Assembly: GCA_046291735.1 (NCBI GenBank)
Contig: JBKBSK010000001.1
Coordinates: 321,250 to 385,249, forward strand
Length of the DNA stretch: 64,000 nt
Reading direction: 5' to 3'
Origin: Candidatus Thermochlorobacter sp.
GTDB lineage: Bacteria; Bacteroidota; Chlorobiia; Chlorobiales; Thermochlorobacteraceae
A model generated the notes under the pieces. That model saw only the letters and a program-made list of their open reading frames with translations. It ran no database searches and was not told the DNA's origin. This document shows positions 37,307 to 45,946 of this stretch, in pieces. Both the position numbers and the translations under genes were made by a program. Position 1 is the stretch's first letter, and every line of letters begins with the position of its first letter.

Positions 37307-38224
37307 ATGAGTATTTTAGTCAGCAAAGAAACGCGTCTAGTGGTGCAGGGCATCACAGGTTCAGAAGGTACGTTTCATGCCTCGCAAATGCTGGAATATG
37401 GCAAACAGTTTGGTGTTGATTACCTCGTAGCGGGTGTTACGCCGGGTAAGGGTGGCACACGTTACACTGGCAATGAAAAAGATAAGTTCATTCGTGAAGT
37501 TCCTGTCTACAACACTGTGCGTGAGGCGGTTGCAGCGCAAAAGGTGAACACCTCCATCATCTATGTGCCTGCTCCCTTTGCCGCTGACGCTATTATGGAA
37601 GCTGCAGAGGCTGGTATTAAAGTCATCGTCTGCATCACCGAAGGCATCCCCACTGCCGATATGATGAAAGCCTATTGGTTTGTCAAAGAAAAAGGCGCAA
37701 TTCTCATTGGACCAAATTGTCCCGGGGTCATCACGCCAGAGGAGGCTAAAGTTGGCATTATGCCGGGCTTCATTTTCCAGAAAGGCAATATCGGAGTGAT
37801 TTCGCGCAGTGGCACACTCACTTATGAATCGGTCTCTCAACTTACCAAAGTAGGGTTAGGGCAATCTACCTGTATCGGAATCGGTGGCGATCCAATTATC
37901 GGCACACGCTTTATTGATGCTGTGAAAATGTTTGCTAAAGACAAAGACACTGAAGCACTTGTCATGATTGGCGAAATCGGTGGCAATGCCGAAGAAGAAG
38001 CTGCTGCTTATATCAAAAAAAATTACAAGAAGCCTGTGGTCGGATTCATTGCTGGACGCACTGCACCGCCGGGTAGACGCATGGGACACGCCGGTGCAAT
38101 TGTGTCGGGCGGTAAGGGCACCGCTGAGGAAAAACTGATGGCAATGAAAAAAGCAGGTATCCACATTGTGGAAAACCCTGCTGATATTGGTGCAGCCATG
38201 CTTCACGCTTTGGGCAAAGCATAA
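37307..38224 (+). CDS. sucD: Succinate--CoA ligase (ADP-forming) subunit alpha
   Basis: Colinear with E. coli SucD as remembered: MSIL..K.T...[55 protein letters not shown]+GIGGDPI, and the catalytic His in RMGHAGAI. Two short insertions lie near the N-terminus. No sucC is adjacent. Confidence 0.95.
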   Translation: MSILVSKETRLVVQGITGSEGTFHASQMLEYGKQFGVDYLVAGVTPGKGGTRYTGNEKDKFIREVPVYNTVREAVAAQKVNTSIIYVPAPFAADAIMEAAEAGIKVIVCITEGIPTADMMKAYWFVKEKGAILIGPNCPGVITPEEAKVGIMPGFIFQKGNIGVISRSGTLTYESVSQLTKVGLGQSTCIGIGGDPIIGTRFIDAVKMFAKDKDTEALVMIGEIGGNAEEEAAAYIKKNYKKPVVGFIAGRTAPPGRRMGHAGAIVSGGKGTAEEKLMAMKKAGIHIVENPADIGAAMLHALGKA

Positions 38225-38294
38225 TCCAAACCGCCTTGCCGTGCCGTTGTAGAACATCGGCAAAGCCTTTCTTTTGCACATGCTCGAAAAATAG

Positions 38295-38375
38295 AAAAGG
38301 GCGTGTGTTGCCCCTTCAAGCTGCAGGTGCCTCTGGGGGCAAGGCACACGCTGCACACATCACGCCCTTTTCTCA
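38295..38375 (+). terminator. Long nested hairpin followed by a T tract (probable sucD terminator or structured RNA)
   Basis: The outer stem is aaaagggcgtg (38295-38305) with cacgccctttt (38361-38371). The inner stem is (gcgtg)tgttgcccc (38301-38314) with ggggcaaggcacacgc (38336-38351). ttttctc follows. Confidence 0.5.
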
Positions 38376-38407
38376 ATGCAAAAGTAAAACCTTCCCCTAC
38401 GTGCAGA

Positions 38408-38437
38408 CCTAAGTAAAACCTAAGCAAAACCTAAGCG
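38408..38437. repeat. 11-bp tandem repeat, 2.7 copies (cctaagYaaaa)
   Basis: cctaagtaaaa (38408-38418), cctaagcaaaa (38419-38429), cctaagcg (38430-38437). A related gtaaaacctt lies at 38384-38393. The repeat sits 75 nt upstream of the permease start. Confidence 0.8.
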
Positions 38438-38511
38438 CCAGACGCGCATGGAACATCTTTCAGTTTAACTCTGTTGAGTGAAGCGTTCCGAACTTGCTTT
38501 GCAATCTGACA

Positions 38512-41088
38512 ATGACGCTGCTTAAAATTTTTCTGCAAGTCAATCTGCGGCATGCTACTCAAGACTGGGGCAAGTTTTTGCTCTCTGTGTTTGGCGTCGC
38601 AATTGGTGTAGCGGTCTTTCTTGCCATTCGCCTCTCGAATTACTCTGCGTTCAAGTCATTTGAAGCGACAATCGATAACGTCAATGGTAAAGCAAACGCA
38701 CAAGTTCAATCGCGCAGCGGCACACTCTTTTCGCAAAGTGTCTTTAAGCGCGTCTTAGAACTCAAAGAGCGATTGCCTGCACTGCGCGCCGCTACCCCAG
38801 TAACCGAACAACTCTCTCGCATCAAAGGCACAGATGAAACGCTCATCGTGCTCGGTATCGATATTTTCTCCGACCGAGCCTTCCGTACCTACGAAGACAT
38901 AGAGGGCGAGGACAGCGACACCTTTCTGCGATTTTTGCTCGAGCCCAATACCATTCTTGTCTCGCAGCAATTTGCAGAGCGCAATCGCCTCAAAAAAGGT
39001 CAAACGGTTGAACTCTTCGCCGATGGGCTCCTCAAGCCCGTGAAAATTATTGGAGTCTTTAAGACCGATCGCCCCACAAGCGAAGTGGCAAACTCTTTTG
39101 CCGTGATGGATATTGAGCAAGCGCAGCGTGCTTTTGGCAAAGAGGGAAAGCTGAGCAAAATCGACCTTATCGTCGATGAAGCACAAAGCGCTGCATTGAA
39201 GGCATACCTTACTGAAAGTCTCCCCGAAGATGTCGAAGTGGTTTCTGCGAAAAATCGTGGTGAGCAAGTCGCTAAAATGCTCTCTGCATTTGAGATGAAT
39301 CTCTCTGCACTGGCGTTCATTAGTTTACTCGTGGCGATGTTTCTCATCTACAACACCATCACCACCAATGCCATTCGACGGCGACGAGAAATCGGAATTT
39401 TGCGTGCATTAGGACTTGGTGCATCTGAAGTCTTTCTGCTGTTTCTGCTTGAAGCCTTGCTGATTGGCATCTTAGGTAGTGCCTTAGGCATTGCGCTCGG
39501 CATCGCGCTTGCTACTTACACCTTGAACAGTGTTGCCAGTACCATCACGGCGCTCTACATCTATGTCAGCGTCAAGAATGTCAGTATAGACTGGCAGGTT
39601 GTGGGCTTATCCTTTGCAGTGGGCGTTATCGCATCGGTTGCATCTGCATTTTTTCCAGCACTGGAAGTCTACAGCGTTCATCCACGCGAGACTTTTCATG
39701 TGCAAGTCTTCGAGCAGAAGTTTTCTTTCAACTTACGGCGCATTGTTGCAATTAGCTTGTCGCTTCTTTTGTTAGGCATCGGTTTTGCTCAACTGCCCAG
39801 CGTTGGTGGCAAACCCATTTTTGGCTATGCTTCTGCTATCTGTGCAATTTTAGGCTTTGCCCTGCTTTCACCTGAACTTATTACACTTGTGCGCAGCATG
39901 CTTGAGCATCTGGCAAATCGTCTCTTTGGCATTGAAGGCAAACTTGCTGCAAGCAACCTTGCTGAATCGCTTAATCGCACAGCCACGGCAGTCAGTGCAC
40001 TGATGGTTGCCGTAGCCATGCTGATTGGCATTAGTGTGATGGTTGGCAGTTTTCGCCAAACCGTGGTGTACTGGGTCGACCAAACGCTCAAAGCCGATGT
40101 CTTTATTGCACCTGCAGAACGCTTTGCTGTGGGCTCAAATGTGCCTATTGCGCGTGAGGTTTTGGACTATGTCTCCAAACTGCCTGAAACCAAAGCCGTT
40201 GATGCCTTCTCTGCGCGCCCAATTACGCTTGAGGGCAAACCAACGGTACTCTGTGCCCCGAATTTTGAGACAGTCAAAGCCTGCACCAAACTGCTTTTCC
40301 GCACCGGCAATAGCGAAGAGATCTTAAATGAAGTTATCCATCATTCGCAGTCGCTTTTGGTGACAGAAGTTTTTGCGAACAAGTTTGGCTACCGTGAAGG
40401 CGATTCACTGACGCTCATCTCACCTACAGGCACACGACGCTACCGTATTGCGGGCGTCTATTATGACTACGCCTCTGATCGCGGTCTCATTGCAATGCAT
40501 CGCCCTTACTTTGAGAAGTTTTGGCAAGATGACAAGCTCAACAACATTGGTGTGTATCTGCACGATAAATCGCAAGCCGAGCGTATTGTTCAGCAAATTC
40601 GTGCAGAGTTTGCTGACCGCGCTCCTATTCTGGTATATTCAAACTTTGGTTTGCGCAGCCGTGTCTTGGATGTCTTTGACCAAACCTTTGCAATTACCTA
40701 TGTGCTGCAATTTGTTGCCATGATTGTCGCAGCAATGGGCGTGATTAGCTCACTGATGGCAATCATTTTTGAGCGGCGCCGTGAAATTGGTATGCTTCGT
40801 GCCATTGGCGCAAGTGTGGAGCAAGTGCGCAATATGACACTCATTGAAGCAGGACTGATAGGCATCCTGGCGTCAGCCTTGGGCATTGGCTGTGGTTTTG
40901 TGCTTGCCCTCATTCTGATTTATGTCATCAATTTGCAATCGTTTGGCTGGACGATTCAAGTACACTTGCCAATGGTTACTATCTTAGGCGCAGTCACACT
41001 TGTTATGATTACAGCTCTGGTTTCAGGGTGGATTCCTGCACGCTACGCCATGCGCCTTGCGATTGCAGAACAAGTGCGTTTTGAGTAA
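38512..41088 (+). CDS. ABC transporter permease with two FtsX/MacB-type domains (fused AttF/AttG-like)
   Basis: About 858 aa. There are two copies of the FtsX hallmark: RRREIGILRALGLGASEVFLLFLLEALLIGILGSALG and RRREIGMLRAIGASVEQVRNMTLIEAGLIGILASALG. Each follows a large extracytoplasmic domain. No ATPase gene is adjacent. Confidence 0.85.
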   Translation: MTLLKIFLQVNLRHATQDWGKFLLSVFGVAIGVAVFLAIRLSNYSAFKSFEATIDNVNGKANAQVQSRSGTLFSQSVFKRVLELKERLPALRAATPVTEQLSRIKGTDETLIVLGIDIFSDRAFRTYEDIEGEDSDTFLRFLLEPNTILVSQQFAERNRLKKGQTVELFADGLLKPVKIIGVFKTDRPTSEVANSFAVMDIEQAQRAFGKEGKLSKIDLIVDEAQSAALKAYLTESLPEDVEVVSAKNRGEQVAKMLSAFEMNLSALAFISLLVAMFLIYNTITTNAIRRRREIGILRALGLGASEVFLLFLLEALLIGILGSALGIALGIALATYTLNSVASTITALYIYVSVKNVSIDWQVVGLSFAVGVIASVASAFFPALEVYSVHPRETFHVQVFEQKFSFNLRRIVAISLSLLLLGIGFAQLPSVGGKPIFGYASAICAILGFALLSPELITLVRSMLEHLANRLFGIEGKLAASNLAESLNRTATAVSALMVAVAMLIGISVMVGSFRQTVVYWVDQTLKADVFIAPAERFAVGSNVPIAREVLDYVSKLPETKAVDAFSARPITLEGKPTVLCAPNFETVKACTKLLFRTGNSEEILNEVIHHSQSLLVTEVFANKFGYREGDSLTLISPTGTRRYRIAGVYYDYASDRGLIAMHRPYFEKFWQDDKLNNIGVYLHDKSQAERIVQQIRAEFADRAPILVYSNFGLRSRVLDVFDQTFAITYVLQFVAMIVAAMGVISSLMAIIFERRREIGMLRAIGASVEQVRNMTLIEAGLIGILASALGIGCGFVLALILIYVINLQSFGWTIQVHLPMVTILGAVTLVMITALVSGWIPARYAMRLAIAEQVRFE

Positions 41089-41105
41089 ACCTTACTGATG
41101 ATGCC

Positions 41106-41486
41106 TCAAATCACACGCCGCTTTTGATACAACCGTACCGCTTCATCAGCGGCTTTTACCAACCCCGGGATATTGAGCGGCTTCGTGAAAAATTGATAAA
41201 TGACACGCTCTTTAAGAAAAGGCTCGACTTTCTCGAAGTCAACAAAGCCTGACATCATAATCACAAAAATATCTTTATCGACTTCCTTGAGTTTGCGTGC
41301 AAGTTCAACACCATTCATCTCTGGCATGGCATAATCGACAATACAAACGGAAACCTTGCCTTTGTTTTCTTTGACAAACTGCAGCGCCAACTTGCCAGCT
41401 GGGAATACAGCCACTTCACTTGTCATTGAAAAAAGCTGCTTAAGCGCTTCTAAAAGGTCAGTGTTATCATCGACAATTACAATCAT
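41106..41486 (-). CDS. Single-domain response regulator (CheY-like receiver)
   Basis: 126 aa: MIVIVDDN..., phospho-acceptor context VCIVDYAMPEMNG, and a conserved K in FTKPL. Confidence 0.85.
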   Translation of the reverse strand: MIVIVDDNTDLLEALKQLFSMTSEVAVFPAGKLALQFVKENKGKVSVCIVDYAMPEMNGVELARKLKEVDKDIFVIMMSGFVDFEKVEPFLKERVIYQFFTKPLNIPGLVKAADEAVRLYQKRRVI

Positions 41487-41500
41487 AGAGGTTAGCTTGA

Positions 41501-42469
41501 TTAGTTTTTATGAATAGCATGGGCAATGTCGGGGTAATCTGTGATAAGTCCATCGACACCAAGTTCTAGCAAGCGTATCATCTCCTCGAGCTCATTGACC
41601 GTCCAAGGGATTAGTTTAATGCGTCGGGCGCGTAATTCTTTGACAAGTTCGGCATCGACAAGACGATAGTAGGGGCTATAAATCTCGGGGGTAAAGCCTA
41701 ACCTCCAAAGATTGTCATTGAGCGACAAGGTATTTTCGACGAGCAAAGCCAGTGAGAGTGAGGAGTCTATTTTGCGCATGGCTTGCAGGGCGCGCACATC
41801 AAAGGATTGCACTGTTGTGCGTGCAATCATTCCTGCTTCGTGGAGTTCTTTGTAGAGCAGTTCTGCAAATTCTTCAGGCGCAGGGTGAAATTTGCCATCA
41901 CCTTCAGGGGTAGATTTTATCTCAATGTTGAAGCGCACAGGTGGGAGCTTATGTTTGCTGCAATAGGATTCTACTTCACGGAACATCTCTGAAAGTAAGG
42001 GCTTTACAGCGGGCATAGGCTGTTGCCTTGGAAAACGCGCATGCCCGCGCTTGCCGACATCAAATCGTAGAATTTCGTCGTAGGTCATTTCATAAATGTT
42101 AAAGTGCTTTTCCACAGTCGCATCAACTGGGGTGCCATCAGGAGCAGTACTAATTTCATGTGAGAACCACGGCTCATGCGAGATTACAATGCGTTTATCT
42201 TTGGAGACCACCACATCGCACTCTAAGGTATTTACGCCATACTCCAATGCTTTCAGAAACGCCGGGATGGTGTTTTCAGGCGCAAGACCGCGTGCACCAC
42301 GATGACCTTGCAAATCGAAATTGAACAGTTTAGTTTGTCTTGCTTCAGATGTGGGAGCGACATGTGGCATGGGTGCACAATTTGGAATAAGCAGAAAAAT
42401 TATTGAAATAATTCGCTGGATATACACAACTATCCATAAGTTAATTGTGATGGTCATGTCGGGCTTCAA
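41501..42469 (-). CDS. Glycerophosphodiester phosphodiesterase (GDPD family)
   Basis: LQGHRGARGLAPENTIPAF...ECDVVVSKD...VISHE is the GDPD catalytic pattern. The start is uncertain. 42469 or 42457 give a hydrophobic N-terminus and overlap the upstream gene by 29 or 17 nt. ATG 42370 gives a cytosolic form. Confidence 0.85.
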   Translation of the reverse strand: MKPDMTITINLWIVVYIQRIISIIFLLIPNCAPMPHVAPTSEARQTKLFNFDLQGHRGARGLAPENTIPAFLKALEYGVNTLECDVVVSKDKRIVISHEPWFSHEISTAPDGTPVDATVEKHFNIYEMTYDEILRFDVGKRGHARFPRQQPMPAVKPLLSEMFREVESYCSKHKLPPVRFNIEIKSTPEGDGKFHPAPEEFAELLYKELHEAGMIARTTVQSFDVRALQAMRKIDSSLSLALLVENTLSLNDNLWRLGFTPEIYSPYYRLVDAELVKELRARRIKLIPWTVNELEEMIRLLELGVDGLITDYPDIAHAIHKN

Positions 42470-43871
42470 TGCCGAGACGTTTCATTTGATAGCGTAGCAC
42501 ATGGCGCTCAATCCCTAAAAGTTTAGCGGCACGCAGTTGGTTACCGTCAGTCTGTGCAAGCGCTGCTAAGATATGATCTCGCTCGATTTGCTCCAGATAC
42601 TCTTTGAGAGAAAAGTTCTCAGGAATTTTTCTGCTTTGCAGTCCAGTATTGGAAGTTTCTGTTAGGCGTGATGAGGCTTCGGGCTCAGATGCTGTAGTGT
42701 ATCTATCGGGTATACTCAAATGCTCGGGTCGGATAACAGCGTTATTAGGTGCGATAATGACGGCTCGTTCAATAACATTTTTCAGCTCACGCACATTTCC
42801 TTTCCAAGTATATTGCAGCAACGTGTGCTGGGCTTCATCAGAAAATTCTAATCGTTTTCGCATGCTTTGCGAAAAGGTGTTGAGAAAAAAATTAGCCAGT
42901 TGGACAATATCTTCGGGGCGCTCTCGCAGCGGCGGCAAAACAATTGGCAAGACTTGCAAGCGGTAGTAGAGGTCTTCGCGAAACTCTCCCTTTTCAATTG
43001 CAAGTGCAAGATCTTTGTTTGTTGCAGCGACAATACGCACATCTACCTTGATTTCTTTTAAGCCCCCAACGCGCCGAAACGACTTTGTCTCAATGACTCT
43101 CAACACTTTGGCTTGTGTGCTGAGCGGCATATCCCCGATTTCATCGAGAAAGAGCGTGCCGCCATCGGCATACTCGAGCAAGCCGATTTTCTTGCTACGT
43201 GCGTCCGTAAACGCACCCGGCTCATAGCCAAATAGCTCTGACTCTAAGAGATTATCCGGAATCGCCGCACAATTGAGTTCCACAAATGGCTTAGACTTGC
43301 GCGCCGACTGCAAGTGAATAAACTTTGCCACATGCTCTTTCCCCGTGCCACTCTCACCTTGAATCAATACTGTGGTGTCGTTGGTCTGTGCTACTTGCAT
43401 GGCAAGTTCATAGACCTTGCTCATCTGCGGCGAAGGACAAAGCACAAAGTCTGAACCTGCAAGGCGCTTTGCGACATTTTCTTGCAAATAGCGCAATTGA
43501 TTTTTCAGCGTGATTTTCTCAACCAGCTTGTCCACTGAAATTTTCAGCGCATCCAAATCAAAAGGCTTCAAGATGTAATCTGCAGCACCTTGTCGAATTG
43601 CTTGAAGCGCCGTGGGCACAGAGTTATACGCCGTCAGCATTAAAACCTGTATCGTCTCATCGAGTTTTTTAAGTTCGCTCAGCACCTGCAGCCCGTTCAT
43701 GTCTGGCATCATAAAGTCCAAAATCACAATATCAGGAGAGAACTTTTTGGTGATGCTTAGGGCTTCTCTACCGCTACTTGCCGTCTCAACAAGATAGCCT
43801 TCCTCGGATAACGCTTCCTTAATGAACTCCGTGATTGTCTGTTCATCGTCTACGACCAAAATACTTATCAT
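42441..43871 (-). CDS. Sigma-54-dependent (NtrC/Fis-family) response regulator with a variant GAFTDA loop
   Basis: Receiver (ILVVDDE...ILDFMMPDMNG), AAA+ domain (GESGTGKE, LFLDEIGDM, FREDLYYRL) and C-terminal Fis-type HTH (GNQLRAAKLLGIERHVLRYQMKRLGI). The sigma-54 contact loop reads GAFTDA. Confidence 0.9.
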   Translation of the reverse strand: MISILVVDDEQTITEFIKEALSEEGYLVETASSGREALSITKKFSPDIVILDFMMPDMNGLQVLSELKKLDETIQVLMLTAYNSVPTALQAIRQGAADYILKPFDLDALKISVDKLVEKITLKNQLRYLQENVAKRLAGSDFVLCPSPQMSKVYELAMQVAQTNDTTVLIQGESGTGKEHVAKFIHLQSARKSKPFVELNCAAIPDNLLESELFGYEPGAFTDARSKKIGLLEYADGGTLFLDEIGDMPLSTQAKVLRVIETKSFRRVGGLKEIKVDVRIVAATNKDLALAIEKGEFREDLYYRLQVLPIVLPPLRERPEDIVQLANFFLNTFSQSMRKRLEFSDEAQHTLLQYTWKGNVRELKNVIERAVIIAPNNAVIRPEHLSIPDRYTTASEPEASSRLTETSNTGLQSRKIPENFSLKEYLEQIERDHILAALAQTDGNQLRAAKLLGIERHVLRYQMKRLGIEARHDHHN

Positions 43872-43903
43872 CTCCAGCAGAGTATTTTTTAGTGTTTTTA
43901 GTG

Positions 43904-43976
43904 TGCCCTCGGGCAGAATCGAACTGCCGACACACGGTTTAGGAAACCGCTGCTCTATCCACTGAGCTACAAGGGC
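43904..43976 (-). tRNA. tRNA-Arg (anticodon CCT)
   Basis: The reverse complement GCCCTTGTAGCTCAGTGGATAGAGCAGCGGTTTCCTAAACCGTGTGTCGGCAGTTCGATTCTGCCCGAGGGCA folds as a 73-nt cloverleaf. It has a GCTC/GAGC D stem, anticodon loop TTCCTAA, and a GGCAG/CTGCC T stem. CCA is not encoded. Confidence 0.95.
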
Positions 43977-44188
43977 TTGAACACTTTCTTGGTTTTTATG
44001 CTGCTCTCAAATGTTTAGCCTATCTCTGTTTTTTAGCGATGTAAAATGTGAGCGCGCTGCACGCCTAAAATCGCCTGCAACGGAACCTTTGGTATGCATT
44101 CACCATAAAACTTGTTTGCAGTTTCAAGGGTTTAGTCGGAATATAAAAGTTTTTAACTTAAGGAATCAACATTTCCTAAACTTCATAT

Positions 44189-45295
44189 ATGCAGCGATAC
44201 CTGCTTTTACTCTCGCTTAGTTTTATATTTCTTTTTTCATTTGTTATCATTACGGCTTGTCAGCAGCGTAACGCATTTGAGTATGCTTCACCTGCTTACA
44301 CACTCTCACTGCCAAAAGACCATGCCTCGCATCATGCCTATCGAACAGAGTGGTGGTATTACACTGGTCATCTGACTTCGAAAGAAGGTCGTCAGTTTGG
44401 CTATCAACTGACCTTTTTCCGCACCGCCCTCTCACTTGAAGATGCAAAAGCCAGCGATGACGCTTCACGCAAGCATGTTTATTTTGCACATTTTGCTATT
44501 ACTGATGAAGACAATCGCAAGTTTTACTTCAAGGAAAAACAGTCGCGCGGCGCTTTCGGGGAAGCCAATGCCGCAGAAGACTACTACAAGGTCTTCATTG
44601 GCAATTGGTCTGTGCAAGATATCGGAAAGTATATGCTACTGCAAGCTGAAAGTGATTCACTCTCGCTTGTTTTAATTCTTGAAGCACTCAAGCCTGCGGT
44701 GCTGCACGGCGAAAAAGGTTATTCGCAAAAAGGCGAGTCGCCGCAAAATGCCTCAATGTATTACTCATACACACGCCTAAAATCTACGGGGGTACTTACA
44801 CTCAACGGCACGCGCTACACCGTCGAGGGAGAAAGTTGGAAAGATCACGAATTTGGCACCTCACAGTTAGATAAAAATTCCATCGGCTGGGATTGGTTCT
44901 CGATGCAATTTTCTGACAGTACCGAGCTTATGGTCTATACCTTGCGCCAAACTGATGGCAGCATCGGTCGTTTTTCAAGTGGCACATTTGTCGCTGCTGA
45001 TGGCTCAACGCAACATTTGACAAAAGACGATTTTAAGATTGAAGTTTTAGAGCGATACACCTCCAAGAAGTCTTGTGCTACTTATCCAGCGAAGTGGAAG
45101 ATTTGGATACCGAAGCTGGACTTGGAAGTGACAGTTACACCGACTGTGCAAAATCAAGAATTGCTCACACAAGAATCCACGCGCATCACATATTGGGAAG
45201 GCAGTGTCAGCCTTGCAGCGACACGCCAGCAAAACACACTTACTGGCAAGGGCTATGTAGAGCTTACAGGCTACGCTAAACCGCTGAACCTTTAG
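44189..45295 (+). CDS. AttH/CrtC-family lipocalin-like protein (carotenoid 1,2-hydratase-like)
   Basis: A signal or lipoprotein-like N-terminus (LLLSLSFIFLFSFVIITAC) and the hallmark LPKDHASHHAYRTEWWYYTGHL....G..FGYQLTFFR of the AttH-like/CrtC domain. This window alone cannot separate a carotenoid hydratase from an Att-type function. Confidence 0.65.
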   Translation: MQRYLLLLSLSFIFLFSFVIITACQQRNAFEYASPAYTLSLPKDHASHHAYRTEWWYYTGHLTSKEGRQFGYQLTFFRTALSLEDAKASDDASRKHVYFAHFAITDEDNRKFYFKEKQSRGAFGEANAAEDYYKVFIGNWSVQDIGKYMLLQAESDSLSLVLILEALKPAVLHGEKGYSQKGESPQNASMYYSYTRLKSTGVLTLNGTRYTVEGESWKDHEFGTSQLDKNSIGWDWFSMQFSDSTELMVYTLRQTDGSIGRFSSGTFVAADGSTQHLTKDDFKIEVLERYTSKKSCATYPAKWKIWIPKLDLEVTVTPTVQNQELLTQESTRITYWEGSVSLAATRQQNTLTGKGYVELTGYAKPLNL

Positions 45296-45319
45296 TGCAA
45301 CATTAACAAACCTAAACTT

Positions 45320-45946
45320 ATGTTGTTAGACGATTTACCTAAAGAAGCATTTCGCCGTCAAGATGAGTTGCCGGATGAACTTTTCTACAGTGTGCCGCGC
45401 TTTGTTACGCATATTGATGATGGCGCTATTGCTGCTGTAACGCAACTCTATCGCGAATACTTTCCACCTCACTCAGCGATTTTAGATTTGATGAGCAGCT
45501 GGGTAAGCCACTTGCCCGACGATGTGCCGTATCAGCGCGTGGTTGGCTTAGGCATGAACCGTGAGGAACTTGCAGCCAATCCACGTCTTGATGAATTTGT
45601 GGTGCAAAATTTGAATGTAAATCATGTTTTACCATTCAAGGATAGCGAATTTGATGGAGCTGCAATTTGTGTCTCAATTGATTATCTGACCAATCCCGTT
45701 GCTGTGCTGCGTGAAGTTGGGCGTGTGCTCAAGCCTGACGCTCCGCTGGTCATCACCTTCTCTAATCGGTGCTTTCCGACCAAAGCCATTCTTATCTGGC
45801 TTTACACTGATGACTTACAGCATCAGCACCTTGTCAAGCATTTTTTGGAGCGTGCCGGGAACTGGTATCAAATTCAAATGCTGGACCGGAGCCCAAAGTT
45901 CGGCGATCCGCTCTATGCTGTGGTTGCGCGCCGATTACCAAGTTGA
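45320..45946 (+). CDS. Class I SAM-dependent methyltransferase (Methyltransf_11-like)
   Basis: 208 aa with ILDLMSSW...VVGLGMN...FDGAAICVSIDYL..P..VLREVGRVLKPDAPLVITF. Confidence 0.7.
   Translation: MLLDDLPKEAFRRQDELPDELFYSVPRFVTHIDDGAIAAVTQLYREYFPPHSAILDLMSSWVSHLPDDVPYQRVVGLGMNREELAANPRLDEFVVQNLNVNHVLPFKDSEFDGAAICVSIDYLTNPVAVLREVGRVLKPDAPLVITFSNRCFPTKAILIWLYTDDLQHQHLVKHFLERAGNWYQIQMLDRSPKFGDPLYAVVARRLPS

Noticed and set aside
37307-38224. sucD without an adjacent sucC as a possible anomaly
   Set aside because: SucD is intact, including the catalytic His in MGHAGA, and unlinked sucC/sucD genes occur in several lineages. This cannot be evaluated without the rest of the genome.
37856-38356. 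166-aa minus-strand ORF spanning the sucD 3' end and the hairpin-rich spacer
   Set aside because: Most of it is antisense to the highly conserved C-terminus of SucD. The intergenic part coincides with the terminator-like hairpins. It has no RBS or motif.
43904-43976. Genomic island integrated at tRNA-Arg (and likewise at tRNA-Val 9025-9098)
   Set aside because: There is no integrase, no phage or plasmid genes, and no direct repeat of the tRNA 3' end that I could spot downstream. The rearrangement idea is kept only as a low-confidence part of the Att-locus finding.
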